DNA of 64,000 bases from assembly GCA_963663765.2 (NCBI GenBank), contig CAXXUA010000005.1, positions 96,001-160,000 on the forward strand, written 5' to 3'. A program made the translations under genes and the position numbers. Of this stretch, positions 62,400-64,000 are shown in pieces. Position 1 is the first letter of the stretch; each line of letters starts with the position of its first letter. The notes beneath the pieces are model-generated. The model saw only the letters and a list, made by a program, of their open reading frames with translations, ran no database searches and was not told the origin of the DNA. The DNA is from Candidatus Poribacteria bacterium (GTDB taxonomy: Bacteria > Poribacteria > WGA-4E > WGA-3G).

Positions 62400-64000
62400 C
62401 TACTTCAAGATGACAAGTCGTCGGGTTTGCTGGAAAGATGGTGTCTCTAACTTGTAAAAATAGACTCCACTTGCGACACTTTCACCTAAAGCATTTTTGC
62501 CATCCCAATAAGCAGCACGTTCCCGACTATTATAAAAGCCTGCGGATTGATTACCAAGTGACAGTTTACGTATCACCTTACCTGTTGAATCATAAATGGA
62601 AACCGATATAGAACTGTCTTGTGCAAGTTGATATGGAATCCACGTCTCTGGATTAAACGGATTCGGATAGTTTTGTAATAGTTTGTTCTGTAGCGGTTTA
62701 CCGATGCTATCAAACTTGACAGATAATAGTGCGTTAGTCAAGTTCTCAGGCGTCACCTTAATTTTGAGAGTTTGTGATTCAACATTCCCATCCGGTCCGA
62801 TGACGCGTGCTTCAATTACATCTCCGACTTTGACAACACTTCGTCGGGCTAAGTCAGCAGTTGCAGCAGCGAAGTAATTACCATGCACCGATGTAGTTAT
62901 GATAGTATTTGTTCTCAGGTTACGGACGATGACTTTGTACCCGTCAAACGTTGGATTACCATTCAAGTGACCACTTACCACGAATGCCCATGTTTCCTGT
63001 TTCTGGGATATGGCAGGTGCAGCAGCAGCTTCCTCCGTTTGATTTGTCCAACGTGATCCTACGAATGCAAAATTCCGGGGTTGTGGGACATTGACGATAT
63101 AGCCTTTTCCACCTTCAACTGAGAATCCATCATTAGGTGCACTTGGTGTCCAACCAATAAACTGTTGATTCTTAGCATCAAGTGCTATGACAACTGTCGC
63201 ACCAGAAATCCCTGCAAGTGATTTTGCAGTCATCGGTTTTGGTGATGCTAAAGGCAAAGAAAGCATGTTCAACCCCTTCGTTAACGTAACGTTGAAGATG
63301 TTGCTAAAAAGATCGCTCTCTTCCTTCGTGCCGAGTCTGGCGATAAACCCGTGTCTGCGTCCATCCGTTGAGTCATAATGTCCAACGACAGAACCGTCCT
63401 GATTGATATTCCAACCCTCTGTGCTAACAGCACCCGGAAACTGCAATTCTTTTAGGTTGAGGGGGCTGCCGATGTATGTGCGCGGGACATCTCCCACCGC
63501 TTTCGCTCTGCCAACGACACTTCTTGACTCGTTGAGACCATGAAGAAAAAAGTACTCAAGATTTAGTGCGTTTGGAAGGTCAATAGCTAGAAATCTACCT
63601 ATAGAACTACGCATGTATGCATGATATATGCCTTCAGCATCCACGTAACTACCAACGATATGACCTGTCCAACTCACAAAATCGGCATAAGTTTCCGGTG
63701 CTCCAGGCACCTCAACTATTATGTCCCCTGAGAAGCCGCGGCGAATACCAGAAGCATCTATAAAAGTACCCGTCAGTGCCCCCGTTGCATCACTATACCC
63801 GTATATCTCCGTTTCGACAGCACCGGGAAAATCGTATTGACGCAACTCATCATTTTCTAAGACGACACCATGGAATAAGCCGTCGCTATCTTCGTAGTGG
63901 CCTGCAGCTTCTCCATTATTTCCGAACGCATAAAAATAAGTGTTCTTTGAACCCGGGAATTCGTAGGTCGTAAAAACACCTTTTATGAGCGTAAAGCCGA
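62400..64000 (-). CDS. Tandem paralog of 60017-61858, 5' end outside the window
   Basis: Frame is open to the window edge (GFTLIKGVFTTYEFPGSKNTYFY...) and shows the same domains. Confidence 0.88.
   Translation of the reverse strand, partial: GFTLIKGVFTTYEFPGSKNTYFYAFGNNGEAAGHYEDSDGLFHGVVLENDELRQYDFPGAVETEIYGYSDATGALTGTFIDASGIRRGFSGDIIVEVPGAPETYADFVSWTGHIVGSYVDAEGIYHAYMRSSIGRFLAIDLPNALNLEYFFLHGLNESRSVVGRAKAVGDVPRTYIGSPLNLKELQFPGAVSTEGWNINQDGSVVGHYDSTDGRRHGFIARLGTKEESDLFSNIFNVTLTKGLNMLSLPLASPKPMTAKSLAGISGATVVIALDAKNQQFIGWTPSAPNDGFSVEGGKGYIVNVPQPRNFAFVGSRWTNQTEEAAAAPAISQKQETWAFVVSGHLNGNPTFDGYKVIVRNLRTNTIITTSVHGNYFAAATADLARRSVVKVGDVIEARVIGPDGNVESQTLKIKVTPENLTNALLSVKFDSIGKPLQNKLLQNYPNPFNPETWIPYQLAQDSSISVSIYDSTGKVIRKLSLGNQSAGFYNSRERAAYWDGKNALGESVASGVYFYKLETPSFQQTRRLVILK

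Overview
AT-rich bacterial chromosomal window with about 45 genes. The gene style resembles Candidatus Poribacteria (inference): signal-peptide WD40-dockerin paralogs, secreted proteins ending in LLQNYPNPFNPETW...ILK domains, and Ig-like lipoproteins. Housekeeping genes include glnA, glnB, dcd, glcF, larE, def, rng, rplU, rpmA, guaA, dprA, thrB, uppS and rsgA. Also present are a histidine kinase with a PorX-like REC-PglZ regulator, an ECF sigma/anti-sigma/giant TPR cluster and a decayed IS1595. The strongest observations are: (1) a hidden selenoprotein, a lipoprotein with four 190-aa Ig-like repeats whose UGA 'stop' is the first residue of a UPYC redoxin motif and is followed by a SECIS-like hairpin; (2) a ~36-bp hairpin micro-element that inserts after CG without target duplication into REP-like repeats and into itself, with filled and empty alleles both visible; (3) Russian-doll nesting of several MITE shells and GTAG-type REP families in most intergenic regions; (4) an intact 909-aa P-type ATPase homolog in which nearly all catalytic motifs have degenerated. 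No rRNA, tRNA or CRISPR array was seen. All calls come from reading the sequence; no database search was run.
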